DNA from: Thermodesulfovibrio sp.
Lineage (GTDB): Bacteria > Nitrospirota > Thermodesulfovibrionia > Thermodesulfovibrionales > Dissulfurispiraceae
Direction: 5' to 3'
Assembly (NCBI GenBank): GCA_013824325.1
Contig: PNNP01000001.1
Span: forward strand, 1 to 43,155
DNA length: 43,155 bases
Numbering within the stretch: position 1 is the stretch's first letter; the number at the start of each line of letters is the position of its first letter. The position numbers were made by a program, and so were the translations under genes. The notes under the pieces are model-generated. The model saw only the letters and a list, made by a program, of their open reading frames with translations, was not told the origin of the DNA and ran no database searches. Of this stretch, positions 7,217 to 15,569 are shown one piece after another.

Positions 7217-7721
7217 AATTGTTTTTGACAACTGTGTATTGAGCAACTTTGCTCTGTCAAACTCTCTGCATATCATTAAAAAGCTATACCATAACAATTC
7301 ATATGCCACTGATTTTGTTGCTGCAGAAAACATAAGGGGAGTCCTTAAAGGTCATAGCAGACTTTTAAAGATAAGGGATGCGATTAAAGAGGGCTGGCTC
7401 AAGGAAATAGCAATGGAAGGCGTAAAAGAAAGAGCCCTATTTGAATCCCTTTCCGTATCACTCGGTTTTGGCGAGGCGTCGAGCATTGCTGTTGCAAAAG
7501 CAAGAGGTTGGGTTTTTGCTTGTGATGATAGAGCGGCAAGAAGAGAAGCAGTCCTTTTGCAGGTGAAGCTTACCGGAACTATAGGCATACTAATAAAGGC
7601 AGTGAATAAAAGAATCATTAACTCTGATAAAGGAAACGAAATATTAAGATTAATGATTAAAAATGGTTTCCATTCTCCAATTAATTCTCTATCTCTTTTT
7701 TTGCCATTGTCAATGCACTGA
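7209..7721 (+). CDS. PIN-domain toxin of the DUF3368/COG2405 type
   Basis: 170 aa. Acidic residues fall in the expected pattern (N-terminal VFDN, GFGEASSIA, ACDDRAARREA, LTGTIGIL). It is in the classic position after a UPF0175 antitoxin. Confidence 0.75.
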   Translation: MPKIVFDNCVLSNFALSNSLHIIKKLYHNNSYATDFVAAENIRGVLKGHSRLLKIRDAIKEGWLKEIAMEGVKERALFESLSVSLGFGEASSIAVAKARGWVFACDDRAARREAVLLQVKLTGTIGILIKAVNKRIINSDKGNEILRLMIKNGFHSPINSLSLFLPLSMH

Positions 7722-8883
7722 TTAATTCATCTATATCCTTTTCTGTATGTGAGGCAGTGACTGTAAACCTTATTCTCGGTATCCGGACAGTCGGGGGCCT
7801 TATGGCAGGGGCATATATTTGATGCTCTTTCAACTCCTCTGAAAGTTTCATGGTTGCTTCTGTATCACCTACAACAACAGGGATTATGGGTGTTTCACTG
7901 TTAAGGGTATTGAATCCCATATCCTTTAAGCCTTTGAAGAGTTTTTCCCGGTTATGCCATAATCTTTTTACCAGAGCCGGTTCTTCCTGTAATATTTGCA
8001 GCGCAGTGATTGAAGCAGCTACTACACACGGGGGCAGGGCTGTTGAATATATAAATCCTCTTGCTGTGTTTATAAGCCATTGTATCACATCTTCGCCTGC
8101 AGCGATAAATGCGCCCAGAGAGCCGAGTGCCTTTGAGAATGTCCCCATCTGGATTATCCATGGCTCGGGCTTGATATTAAAATGGTTTAATGCTCCGTAT
8201 CCTCCGCCTAAAACCCCGGTTCCATGTGCATCATCTATATAAAGGATTGCATTGTTATGCAGGCAGATTTCATAAATTTCTCTTAGTGGCGCAATATCGC
8301 CGTCCATGCTGAATATTGTATCTGTTATGACTATTCTTCTATTTCTATGTTCCTTTTCAATTAACTCAGACAGATGCTTCACATCCCCGTGCCTGTAAAC
8401 CGCTTTTTTTGCCCTGCTCAGCCTGCATCCGTCAATAATGCTTGCATGGTTCAGTTCATCGCTGAAAATAATATCGCCTTCACTTGCGATAGCAGGAATG
8501 ACGCTGACATTTGCCGAGTACCCTGAATTGAATATCAAAGCAGCATCTGTTCTTTTAAATCCGGCAACCTTTTCTTCAAGTTCCCTGTGCAATCCGGTTC
8601 CACCTGACAGCAGTCTCGATGCACAGGCGCCAAATCCGAATTTATCTATCGCTTTTTTTGCAGACTTCCTGATGTGAATATTACCCGAAAGACCGAGATA
8701 ATCATTTGAAGAGAAGTTTATGTATTCAATACCATTTATTAATATCCGTGAGCCGTACTCAATAATTTGTGAAAGGTCAAGCTCAGTTTCTTTAGAATTA
8801 TCACTTGCATAATTCAGTGCATCACGGTCATTTATTTTTCTCAGCATACTTCTTTTTATTTTTTTTATATCTTCTTCAAACAT
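7681..8883 (-). CDS. bioF: 8-amino-7-oxononanoate synthase family (alpha-oxoamine synthase, PLP-dependent)
   Basis: 400 aa. Motifs FSSNDYLGL, DDAHGTG and TFSKALG (PLP lysine). BioF cannot be strictly separated from Kbl or SPT by eye. The 3' end overlaps the PIN gene 3' end by 41 nt. Confidence 0.8.
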   Translation of the reverse strand: MFEEDIKKIKRSMLRKINDRDALNYASDNSKETELDLSQIIEYGSRILINGIEYINFSSNDYLGLSGNIHIRKSAKKAIDKFGFGACASRLLSGGTGLHRELEEKVAGFKRTDAALIFNSGYSANVSVIPAIASEGDIIFSDELNHASIIDGCRLSRAKKAVYRHGDVKHLSELIEKEHRNRRIVITDTIFSMDGDIAPLREIYEICLHNNAILYIDDAHGTGVLGGGYGALNHFNIKPEPWIIQMGTFSKALGSLGAFIAAGEDVIQWLINTARGFIYSTALPPCVVAASITALQILQEEPALVKRLWHNREKLFKGLKDMGFNTLNSETPIIPVVVGDTEATMKLSEELKEHQIYAPAIRPPTVRIPRIRFTVTASHTEKDIDELISALTMAKKEIEN

Positions 8884-8981
8884 TTTTACCCACCTGCAAT
8901 GCTCTATATGTAGTATTAATTATGCAATATACCCACATTATATTGAGAAAAAGATAAAAAATTAAAAAAATGATTTTTTTC

Positions 8982-9010
8982 TTGACAATATCCTCCTTTT
9001 CTTTTATTAT
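8982..9010 (+). promoter_or_regulatory. Pmra-like promoter TTGACA-17-TATTAT with an upstream A-tract (UP-like)
   Basis: TTGACA at 8982-8987, a 17-nt spacer, TATTAT at 9005-9010. It is preceded by AAAAAGATAAAAAATTAAAAAAATGATTTTTTT. Confidence 0.65.
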
Positions 9011-9011
9011 T

Positions 9012-9036
9012 GTGGTAAAAGGTGGTAGAAGGTGGA
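9012..9036 (+). promoter_or_regulatory. three direct GTGG(T/A) repeats with 10-bp phasing: putative MraZ operator
   Basis: GTGGT at 9012-9016, GTGGT at 9022-9026 and GTGGA at 9032-9036. They lie between the -10 box and the mraZ start and overlap its SD and alternative GTG start. Confidence 0.6.
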
Positions 9037-9040
9037 GGGA

Positions 9041-9496
9041 ATGACCTCATTTTTAGGTAAATATTACTATACATTAGATCCAAAAGGGAGAATCATAATC
9101 CCTGCTCCTCTACGTGAAATCATCCAGTCCAAATATAACAATTCAAAACTATATATCACAAATGCACCGTTTGACAAGTGTCTTCACATATATCCTCTTG
9201 AGGAATGGAGCAGGCTGGAAGAAAAGATAAGGTCTATGCCGACGATGGAAGACGCTGTGCAATACCTGCTGAAACGTGTAGTAGCTTCTGCCATGGAATG
9301 CGGACTTGACAAACAGGGAAGAATCTTAATCCCTTATGAACACAGGCAGGATGCCGGGATAACAGGCGAAACTGTAATAGTAGGCCAGCTCAACAAGATA
9401 GAGATATGGGATAAGGCAGAATGGGATGCTGTAACCGACCCGAAAAAGGTTGATGCAAAAACATTTAAAACGACTCTCACGGGATATGGCTTTTAG
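9041..9496 (+). CDS. mraZ: transcriptional regulator MraZ
   Basis: Two SpoVT/AbrB-like halves, each with the DxxGR motif (LDPKGRIIIP and LDKQGRILIP). The ORF track starts at GTG 9032; the ATG at 9041 is more typical. First gene of the dcw cluster. Confidence 0.95.
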   Translation: MTSFLGKYYYTLDPKGRIIIPAPLREIIQSKYNNSKLYITNAPFDKCLHIYPLEEWSRLEEKIRSMPTMEDAVQYLLKRVVASAMECGLDKQGRILIPYEHRQDAGITGETVIVGQLNKIEIWDKAEWDAVTDPKKVDAKTFKTTLTGYGF

Positions 9497-9502
9497 AGAA
9501 TA

Positions 9503-10369
9503 ATGCATGTCCCGGTTTTATTAAATGAAATTATGGAGATGCTTGCATTGAAAAAAGACGGAATCTATGTGGATGCAACTGTAGGCTTTGGAGGACATGC
9601 GGATGCAATAGTGTCCCGTATCGGTCCTTACGGAAAACTTATCGGCATTGACAGGGACGGAGATGCCATCAAATATGCAAAAGAAAAGCTCGGCAATGAC
9701 AGGGTGTATCTCAGAAAAGGGGTTTTCTCAGAACTTAAGAAGATACTTCTGTCAATGAATATCAAAGAGGTAGATGGGGTGCTGTTTGACCTCGGTGTAT
9801 CAATGTTTCAGTTGAGAGACCCCAGCCGGGGGTTCAGTTTTTTATCAAATGAAAAACTTGATATGAGAATGGACGCTTCTCAAGAATTGACAGCATGGGA
9901 TGTTGTAAATATGTATTCGGAGAAGGATATAGAAAGAATACTGAGGGAATATGGTGAAGAGCCGTTTTTCAGGAGAATAGCAAGAAAGATTGTCAGCAGG
10001 AGAAGCATTTCAACAATTGATACGTGCGCAGAACTTGCAAGTCTGGTGGCAGGGGTTTACGGCAGAAGGGGCAGGATTCATCCTGCGACAAGGACGTTTC
10101 AGGCATTGAGGATAGAGGTGAATAAAGAACTCGAAGAGTTAAAGAAGGGTCTTGCTTCCGCTGCAGAAGTGTTAAAAACGGGCGGGCGGTTATGTGTTAT
10201 TTCATATCATTCACTTGAAGACAGGATAGCGAAGAATTTCATCAGGGACAATGTTAGGGAAGGTTTTTTGAGGATGCTTACAAAAAAACCTTTGATTCCG
10301 GGCTCGGACGAGATAAGGCAGAATCCTTCGTCAAGGAGTGCAAAGTTAAGGGGGTGTGAGAGGATATGA
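9503..10369 (+). CDS. rsmH: 16S rRNA (cytosine1402-N4)-methyltransferase
   Basis: 288 aa. Motifs HVPVLL, DATVGFGGH, FDLGVSMFQL, SYHSLEDR and NPSSRSAKLR are diagnostic of RsmH/MraW. Confidence 0.95.
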   Translation: MHVPVLLNEIMEMLALKKDGIYVDATVGFGGHADAIVSRIGPYGKLIGIDRDGDAIKYAKEKLGNDRVYLRKGVFSELKKILLSMNIKEVDGVLFDLGVSMFQLRDPSRGFSFLSNEKLDMRMDASQELTAWDVVNMYSEKDIERILREYGEEPFFRRIARKIVSRRSISTIDTCAELASLVAGVYGRRGRIHPATRTFQALRIEVNKELEELKKGLASAAEVLKTGGRLCVISYHSLEDRIAKNFIRDNVREGFLRMLTKKPLIPGSDEIRQNPSSRSAKLRGCERI

Positions 10370-10725
10370 GGCACAGGAAGAAAAACAGGCTGACAGGGAT
10401 TTTGAAGGTGTTATCCGTTCTTTTATTTATTCTCTCAATCTTTACGGTTGTCTGGCTGAGGTCAAGTCTTGTCTCCCTTGAATATAAAATCAGCAATCTT
10501 GAAGCAAAGAAGACCCAGATGATGAAGGAAAAGAAAAAGCTTGCAGCAGAGAGGGCGGCATTATTGTCAATTGAAAGGTTTGAGAAAGTCGCTGCAATCG
10601 GGACTCATTTCGCTTTCCCTGACAGGGTAAATGTTGCGTATGTGAGAAAGGCAAGGGATAAAGGACCATTTAAGGTGTCTTTATCAGCGTCTTCAAAGAA
10701 GGATTCTTTGAAGATTGTTCAGTAA
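10366..10725 (+). CDS. ftsL: cell division protein FtsL-like (single TM + coiled coil)
   Basis: 119 aa. Basic N-terminus, one TM helix (LSVLLFILSIFTVVWL), then heptad-like LEYKISNLEAKKTQMMKEKKKL. Located between rsmH and ftsI; the ATGA overlaps the rsmH stop. Confidence 0.7.
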   Translation: MRHRKKNRLTGILKVLSVLLFILSIFTVVWLRSSLVSLEYKISNLEAKKTQMMKEKKKLAAERAALLSIERFEKVAAIGTHFAFPDRVNVAYVRKARDKGPFKVSLSASSKKDSLKIVQ

Positions 10726-10745
10726 TGACATGATGATACGAAATA

Positions 10746-10768
10746 TTCGTGTCTCAATGAGACACGAA
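10746..10768 (+). promoter_or_regulatory. perfect 10-bp stem / 3-nt loop hairpin in the ftsL-ftsI spacer, with no U-tract
   Basis: TTCGTGTCTC-AAT-GAGACACGAA. The 5' arm's TTCGT can alternatively pair with ACGAA at 10738-10742. Confidence 0.45.
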
Positions 10769-10808
10769 AGGCAATTAAAATGTAAGTTATACCAAGAGAT
10801 TATTCCTT

Positions 10809-12506
10809 GTGAATAGAAGAACTGTTATACTGGTAACAGTAATATCCTTCAGTTTTCTCGCTGTTCTTTTCAGGCTTTCCGATATTATGCTCTTAAATCA
10901 CGGTTGGTTTTCTGCCAAGGCAAGAGTTCAACAAATTAAAAAAGAAGTTGTGCCTGTCAAGAGGGGCATTATTTTTGACAGAAGGGGCAGGGAGCTCGCT
11001 ATCAATCTTGAGACCGAGTCCGTTTATTCCAATCCTTCTGAAATTTCATCGCCTGATGATATCTCATCAGTTTTGTCAAAGGTTATCAGTCAGGAACCTG
11101 ATATCATCTTTGCAAAACTGAATTCGGACAAAAAGTTTAACTGGATTGAGAGAAAGCTTGATATGGAGAGAACCCAGATGATAAAAGATATGAAAATAAA
11201 AGGAATCGGATTCCTTCCTGAAATGAAAAGATTTTACCCGAAAGGGGCTCTTGCTTCGCATATTATCGGCTTTGTAAATCCTGATAACAACGGACTCGAG
11301 GGCATAGAAAGAAAATATGAAAAATACCTCTCTGCAAGGAGTGAAAATGCATATATGTTGCGGGATGCAAAGGGCAATATCCTTTCAGACGGACTCACGA
11401 AGGAGATAAAAGGGAATAATATAGTTTTAACCATAGATGAAGGACTGCAATATATTCTGGAAAAAAATCTTGATGCTGCCATGCTGAAGTGGAAGGCTGC
11501 ATCTGCAACGGCAATAATGATGGATCCTTACACAGGTGAAATACTGGCTATGGCAAACAGGCCTGCTTATAATCTGAACAATACCTCGGAAGCTGATATG
11601 CATCAGATGAGAAACAGGGCTATAACAGATTGCTATGAACCAGGTTCAACCTTTAAAATAATAGTTGGTGTTGCTGCGCTTGAAGAGGGCGTTGTAAATC
11701 TAAGGTCTAAATTTGATTGCAGCGCAGGACATGTAGATGTAGGAGGCAACAAGATAAGGGATTCACACAGGCACGGTGTTCTTACATTCGAGGAGATTAT
11801 ACAGAAATCTTCAAATGTGGGAACAATAAAAGTAGGACTTAGTTTAGGCAAGTCAAAGATATACGATTACATCAAGAAATTAGGATTCGGAGAGAAAACA
11901 GGAATTGACCTTGCAGGTGAGGTTTCAGGCATAGTGAGGCCGCCGGAACGGTGGTCGGGAATGTCAATAGGAGCTATTTCAATCGGCCAGGAAATTGCCG
12001 TCACACCTCTTCAGATTCTAAGGGCTTACTCGGTTATTGCAAACGGGGGCTTTCTTGTAAAACCGTATGTGGTATCGGAAATCCTGTCCCCTGAAGGAAA
12101 GGTTATTTATAAAACCGTTGCTGAAACTGAAAGGATTATCTCCGAAAAGACCATAAATACTTTCAGGGGAATTCTTAAAAAGGTTACAGAAGACGGAGGA
12201 ACTGCAAAAGGTGCTTCAGTTGCAGGGAACCAGGTTGCCGGCAAGACAGGGACAGCGCAAATTATAGACCCGAAGACAAAAAAATACTCAAGGGATAAGT
12301 TCATCAGTTCTTTTGTGGGCTTTGTGCCTGCAGATGAACCAAGACTGGCGATGATAGTAGTTATACACGAACCGAAGGGACAGATATACGGCGGGGTTGT
12401 TGCAGGCCCTGTTTTCAGGGCAATTGCAGATGAAGCACTGTCTTACTTGAGCGTGCCGAGGGATGATTCAGCGGCTAAAGGGTTGTTACTTGTTTCATCT
12501 CATTAA
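10809..12506 (+). CDS. ftsI: peptidoglycan D,D-transpeptidase FtsI (class B PBP)
   Basis: 565 aa, GTG start, N-terminal TM anchor. SxxK (STFK), SxN (SSN) and KTG (GKTGTA) motifs are present. Confidence 0.9.
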   Translation: MNRRTVILVTVISFSFLAVLFRLSDIMLLNHGWFSAKARVQQIKKEVVPVKRGIIFDRRGRELAINLETESVYSNPSEISSPDDISSVLSKVISQEPDIIFAKLNSDKKFNWIERKLDMERTQMIKDMKIKGIGFLPEMKRFYPKGALASHIIGFVNPDNNGLEGIERKYEKYLSARSENAYMLRDAKGNILSDGLTKEIKGNNIVLTIDEGLQYILEKNLDAAMLKWKAASATAIMMDPYTGEILAMANRPAYNLNNTSEADMHQMRNRAITDCYEPGSTFKIIVGVAALEEGVVNLRSKFDCSAGHVDVGGNKIRDSHRHGVLTFEEIIQKSSNVGTIKVGLSLGKSKIYDYIKKLGFGEKTGIDLAGEVSGIVRPPERWSGMSIGAISIGQEIAVTPLQILRAYSVIANGGFLVKPYVVSEILSPEGKVIYKTVAETERIISEKTINTFRGILKKVTEDGGTAKGASVAGNQVAGKTGTAQIIDPKTKKYSRDKFISSFVGFVPADEPRLAMIVVIHEPKGQIYGGVVAGPVFRAIADEALSYLSVPRDDSAAKGLLLVSSH

Positions 12507-12524
12507 TAGAGGGAATTATTCAAT

Positions 12525-14153
12525 ATGAAGGTAAAAGAAGTTTTAAGAAAAGATTTCAGTGTAAAGGGTGATATTGACAGGGACATATCCGGAGTCGCAT
12601 ATGACTCAAGGAATGTAAAAAACGGTGATTTGTTTGTTGCCATAAAAGGCGAGAAGTTTGATGCCCATGATTTTATCGGGGATGCGGTTAAAAGAGGTGC
12701 TGTGGCTGTTGTATATGAAGACGGGAAAAAAGATTTATCGGAACTCATGAATATGGATTCAAATATAGTATGGATTGGCGTTAAAGATTGCAGGGATGCA
12801 CTCGCAGCTATCTCAAGCATTTTTTGTGAAAAACCTTCTGAAAAGGTTCCAGTAATTGGCATCACAGGCACAAACGGCAAGACAACCACATCCTATCTGA
12901 TTAAATCCATAATGGAGAGATGGGGAAAAAAAGTCGGTCTTATAGGAACAATTAATTATATGATAAAGGACATGGTATATGATGCTCCGCATACCACGCC
13001 GGAATCGGTTGAATTCCAGTTTTTAATCAGAAGGATGCTGGATAATGGATGTGATTATGTTATTTCAGAGGTTTCTTCACATGCCTTATCACAAAAAAGG
13101 GCTGATTATACAAAATTTGCAGCATCTGTTTTTACAAATCTTACAAGAGACCATCTGGATTTCCATAAAACAATGGAAGATTATTTCAGTGCAAAGGCAA
13201 GACTTTTTACTGAACTTTTATCTGAAGGCAGTGTTGCTGCTATAAATATAGATGACCCGTATGGTGAAATGCTTGTAAATATTCTTGAAAAGAAAAAAGC
13301 AAATGTACTGACATATTCTCTGAAAAAGCCGGATGCAGATGTAACAGCTTTTGATATAAAAACAACATTTAAGGAGACGTCATTCAGAATAAAGATGAAT
13401 ATTAATAATGAGATTGTTGAAGACAGAATTATCTCTCCGCTTGTCGGGATAATAAATGTGTACAACATACTTTCAGCAATATGCGTGGCTCAGTCGTTTA
13501 GTGTGCCGTTAAAGATTATAAAGGAAGGCATTTTCAAGGTTGGTGCTGTCAAAGGAAGGTTTGAAAGAGTTGACATTGGACAGGATTTTCTTGCAGTAGT
13601 TGATTATGCCCATACAGAAGACGCACTCGAACAACTTTTATTGAATACACGTCAGCTTCTCGAAACCTGTACACTTGCTGGAATGCACGGAAAGAAAAGT
13701 GCAAAGAGCGAACAGACTTTTCTGCCAGATAGAGGAGAAAGGGGGAGAATAATAACTGTTTTTGGCTGCGGAGGGAACAGGGATAGGGGAAAACGTGCAA
13801 AGATGGGAGAGATAGCAACAAGACTGAGTGATTTTGCGATAATCACTTCTGACAACCCGAGATATGAAGACCCCAGAGATATAATAAGCGATATCGAAAT
13901 GGGCGTAAATAACGATAATTACATTATTGTACCTGACAGGAATATTGCTATCAGTATGGCAGTGGAACTCGCATCCTCAGGAGATATTGTACTTATAGCA
14001 GGAAAGGGACATGAGGATTATCAGGAGATACAGGGAAAACGCTATCATTTCAGTGACAGTGAAATACTGCTCAATGCAATCAGTGGCATGACCACTTTAT
14101 CTTCAAACAAAACAGACGAAACCGACAAAAAAACAGGCGTTATTAGATGTTAA
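12525..14153 (+). CDS. murE: UDP-MurNAc-L-Ala-D-Glu:meso-DAP ligase
   Basis: 542 aa. P-loop GITGTNGKTTT, plus DYAHTEDAL, FGCGGNRDRGKR and DNPR (DAP-type determinant). Contains an extra ~25-aa segment (see findings). Confidence 0.95.
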   Translation: MKVKEVLRKDFSVKGDIDRDISGVAYDSRNVKNGDLFVAIKGEKFDAHDFIGDAVKRGAVAVVYEDGKKDLSELMNMDSNIVWIGVKDCRDALAAISSIFCEKPSEKVPVIGITGTNGKTTTSYLIKSIMERWGKKVGLIGTINYMIKDMVYDAPHTTPESVEFQFLIRRMLDNGCDYVISEVSSHALSQKRADYTKFAASVFTNLTRDHLDFHKTMEDYFSAKARLFTELLSEGSVAAINIDDPYGEMLVNILEKKKANVLTYSLKKPDADVTAFDIKTTFKETSFRIKMNINNEIVEDRIISPLVGIINVYNILSAICVAQSFSVPLKIIKEGIFKVGAVKGRFERVDIGQDFLAVVDYAHTEDALEQLLLNTRQLLETCTLAGMHGKKSAKSEQTFLPDRGERGRIITVFGCGGNRDRGKRAKMGEIATRLSDFAIITSDNPRYEDPRDIISDIEMGVNNDNYIIVPDRNIAISMAVELASSGDIVLIAGKGHEDYQEIQGKRYHFSDSEILLNAISGMTTLSSNKTDETDKKTGVIRC

Positions 14154-15565
14154 ATGTTATGGACATAATAAAAGCAACAGGCGGGAAGGCTTTTTTCAAA
14201 ACAGAGTCCGTTTTCTCAGGTGTGTCCATAGATTCAAGAACTATAAAGGAAGGGGAATTATTTATTGCATTAAAGGGAGACAGGTTTGACGGTCATGACT
14301 TTGTGAATGATTCTCTGAAAGTTGGCAGTGGAGCTATTGTAGATTCAAAATTTAATAATCAAAATCTAAAATTTAAGGATAAGACAGTTATTCTGGTTGA
14401 TGATACTTTAACAGCCCTGCATCATTTAGCTCGGTATATGAGAAAAGGATTTAGCGGGACAGTAATCGGAGTGGTTGGAAGTAACGGCAAAACAACTACC
14501 AAGGAACTTATTTCATCAATTCTCAGCACAAAATTACATGTTCTTAAGACAGCAGGAAATCTCAACAATCATATTGGGATGCCTCTTTCCATTACAAGAA
14601 TTGAAAAGGATACCGATGTCATGGTTCTTGAAATGGGTACAAACAGGACAGGTGATGTAGATAAGCTTTGCAGCATTGCAAATCCTGACATCGGTGTAAT
14701 TACAAATATAGGATATGAACATCTTGAGGGATTTGGCTCTCTTGATAAAGTCCGGGATTCAGAATTGGAGATACTTCCATATTTGAAAAAAGTCATTCTG
14801 AATGCTGATGATTTATTTCTCAAGGAAGGCGTCATTCAGAAATTCAAAGGAGAAATTATATCCTTCGGCATTAAATCTGCCAATGCAGATGTGACAGCAA
14901 AGGATATTGTTTTTTCAGACAGGGTTGCAAAATTCTTTCTGTGTATGGATAAAGATAGTATTCTGATAGAATCAAGACTGCCGGGACGTTTCAATATATA
15001 CAATTCCCTTGCAGCAGCCTCTACCGCACGTGCTATGGGATTCAATCACCACGAGATAAAAAAAGGACTGGAGTCCTTTGAAGGCGTGGAGATGAGATTT
15101 GAGATAAAGCAATATGAAGGCATTATGTTTTTGAATGATGTTTATAATGCCAATCCATCTTCAATGGAAGAATCTATAAAGGAACTGATAAGGCGCATTC
15201 AAACTGATACAGGTGGAAACAGCGGCAATAAGAGGGCTATTGCTGTGCTGGGCGATATGCTGGAGCTTGGCGAATACAGCATCACAGCTCACAAAAATTT
15301 GGGGAAGTGGATGTCAGGACTTCCGGTTAACTTTTTTATCGGTGTTGGCTCTTTAATGGCATCGGCTGTTTCTGAATTCAAAGGCAGTGGAATCTGTAAA
15401 GACACTCCGGAGGATGCAGCAAGAGAGTTAGGCAAAATGGTCAGGGAAGGGGATATAGTGTTGATAAAAGGTTCACGGGGTATGAAAATGGAGAAGGTTT
15501 TGCAGGTGATGGGAAAGGAGATTTTTAAAAAACAGTCTGTTCTTTCAGGGCAGAGAGGGGAGTAA
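14147..15565 (+). CDS. murF: UDP-MurNAc-tripeptide:D-Ala-D-Ala ligase
   Basis: 472 aa. Motifs GVVGSNGKTTTKE, NIGYEHLEGFGS, DVYNANPSSM and LGDMLELG. Overlaps the murE stop by 7 nt. Alternative start ATG at 14159. Confidence 0.9.
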   Translation: MLNVMDIIKATGGKAFFKTESVFSGVSIDSRTIKEGELFIALKGDRFDGHDFVNDSLKVGSGAIVDSKFNNQNLKFKDKTVILVDDTLTALHHLARYMRKGFSGTVIGVVGSNGKTTTKELISSILSTKLHVLKTAGNLNNHIGMPLSITRIEKDTDVMVLEMGTNRTGDVDKLCSIANPDIGVITNIGYEHLEGFGSLDKVRDSELEILPYLKKVILNADDLFLKEGVIQKFKGEIISFGIKSANADVTAKDIVFSDRVAKFFLCMDKDSILIESRLPGRFNIYNSLAAASTARAMGFNHHEIKKGLESFEGVEMRFEIKQYEGIMFLNDVYNANPSSMEESIKELIRRIQTDTGGNSGNKRAIAVLGDMLELGEYSITAHKNLGKWMSGLPVNFFIGVGSLMASAVSEFKGSGICKDTPEDAARELGKMVREGDIVLIKGSRGMKMEKVLQVMGKEIFKKQSVLSGQRGE

Positions 15566-15569
15566 TATA

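Noticed and set aside
9032-9040. GTG at 9032 as the mraZ start (ORF-track call).
   Set aside because: The ATG at 9041 gives the usual MraZ N-terminal length. The GTG is itself the core of the third operator-like repeat. It is kept as an alternative only, because the SD spacing to the ATG is short.
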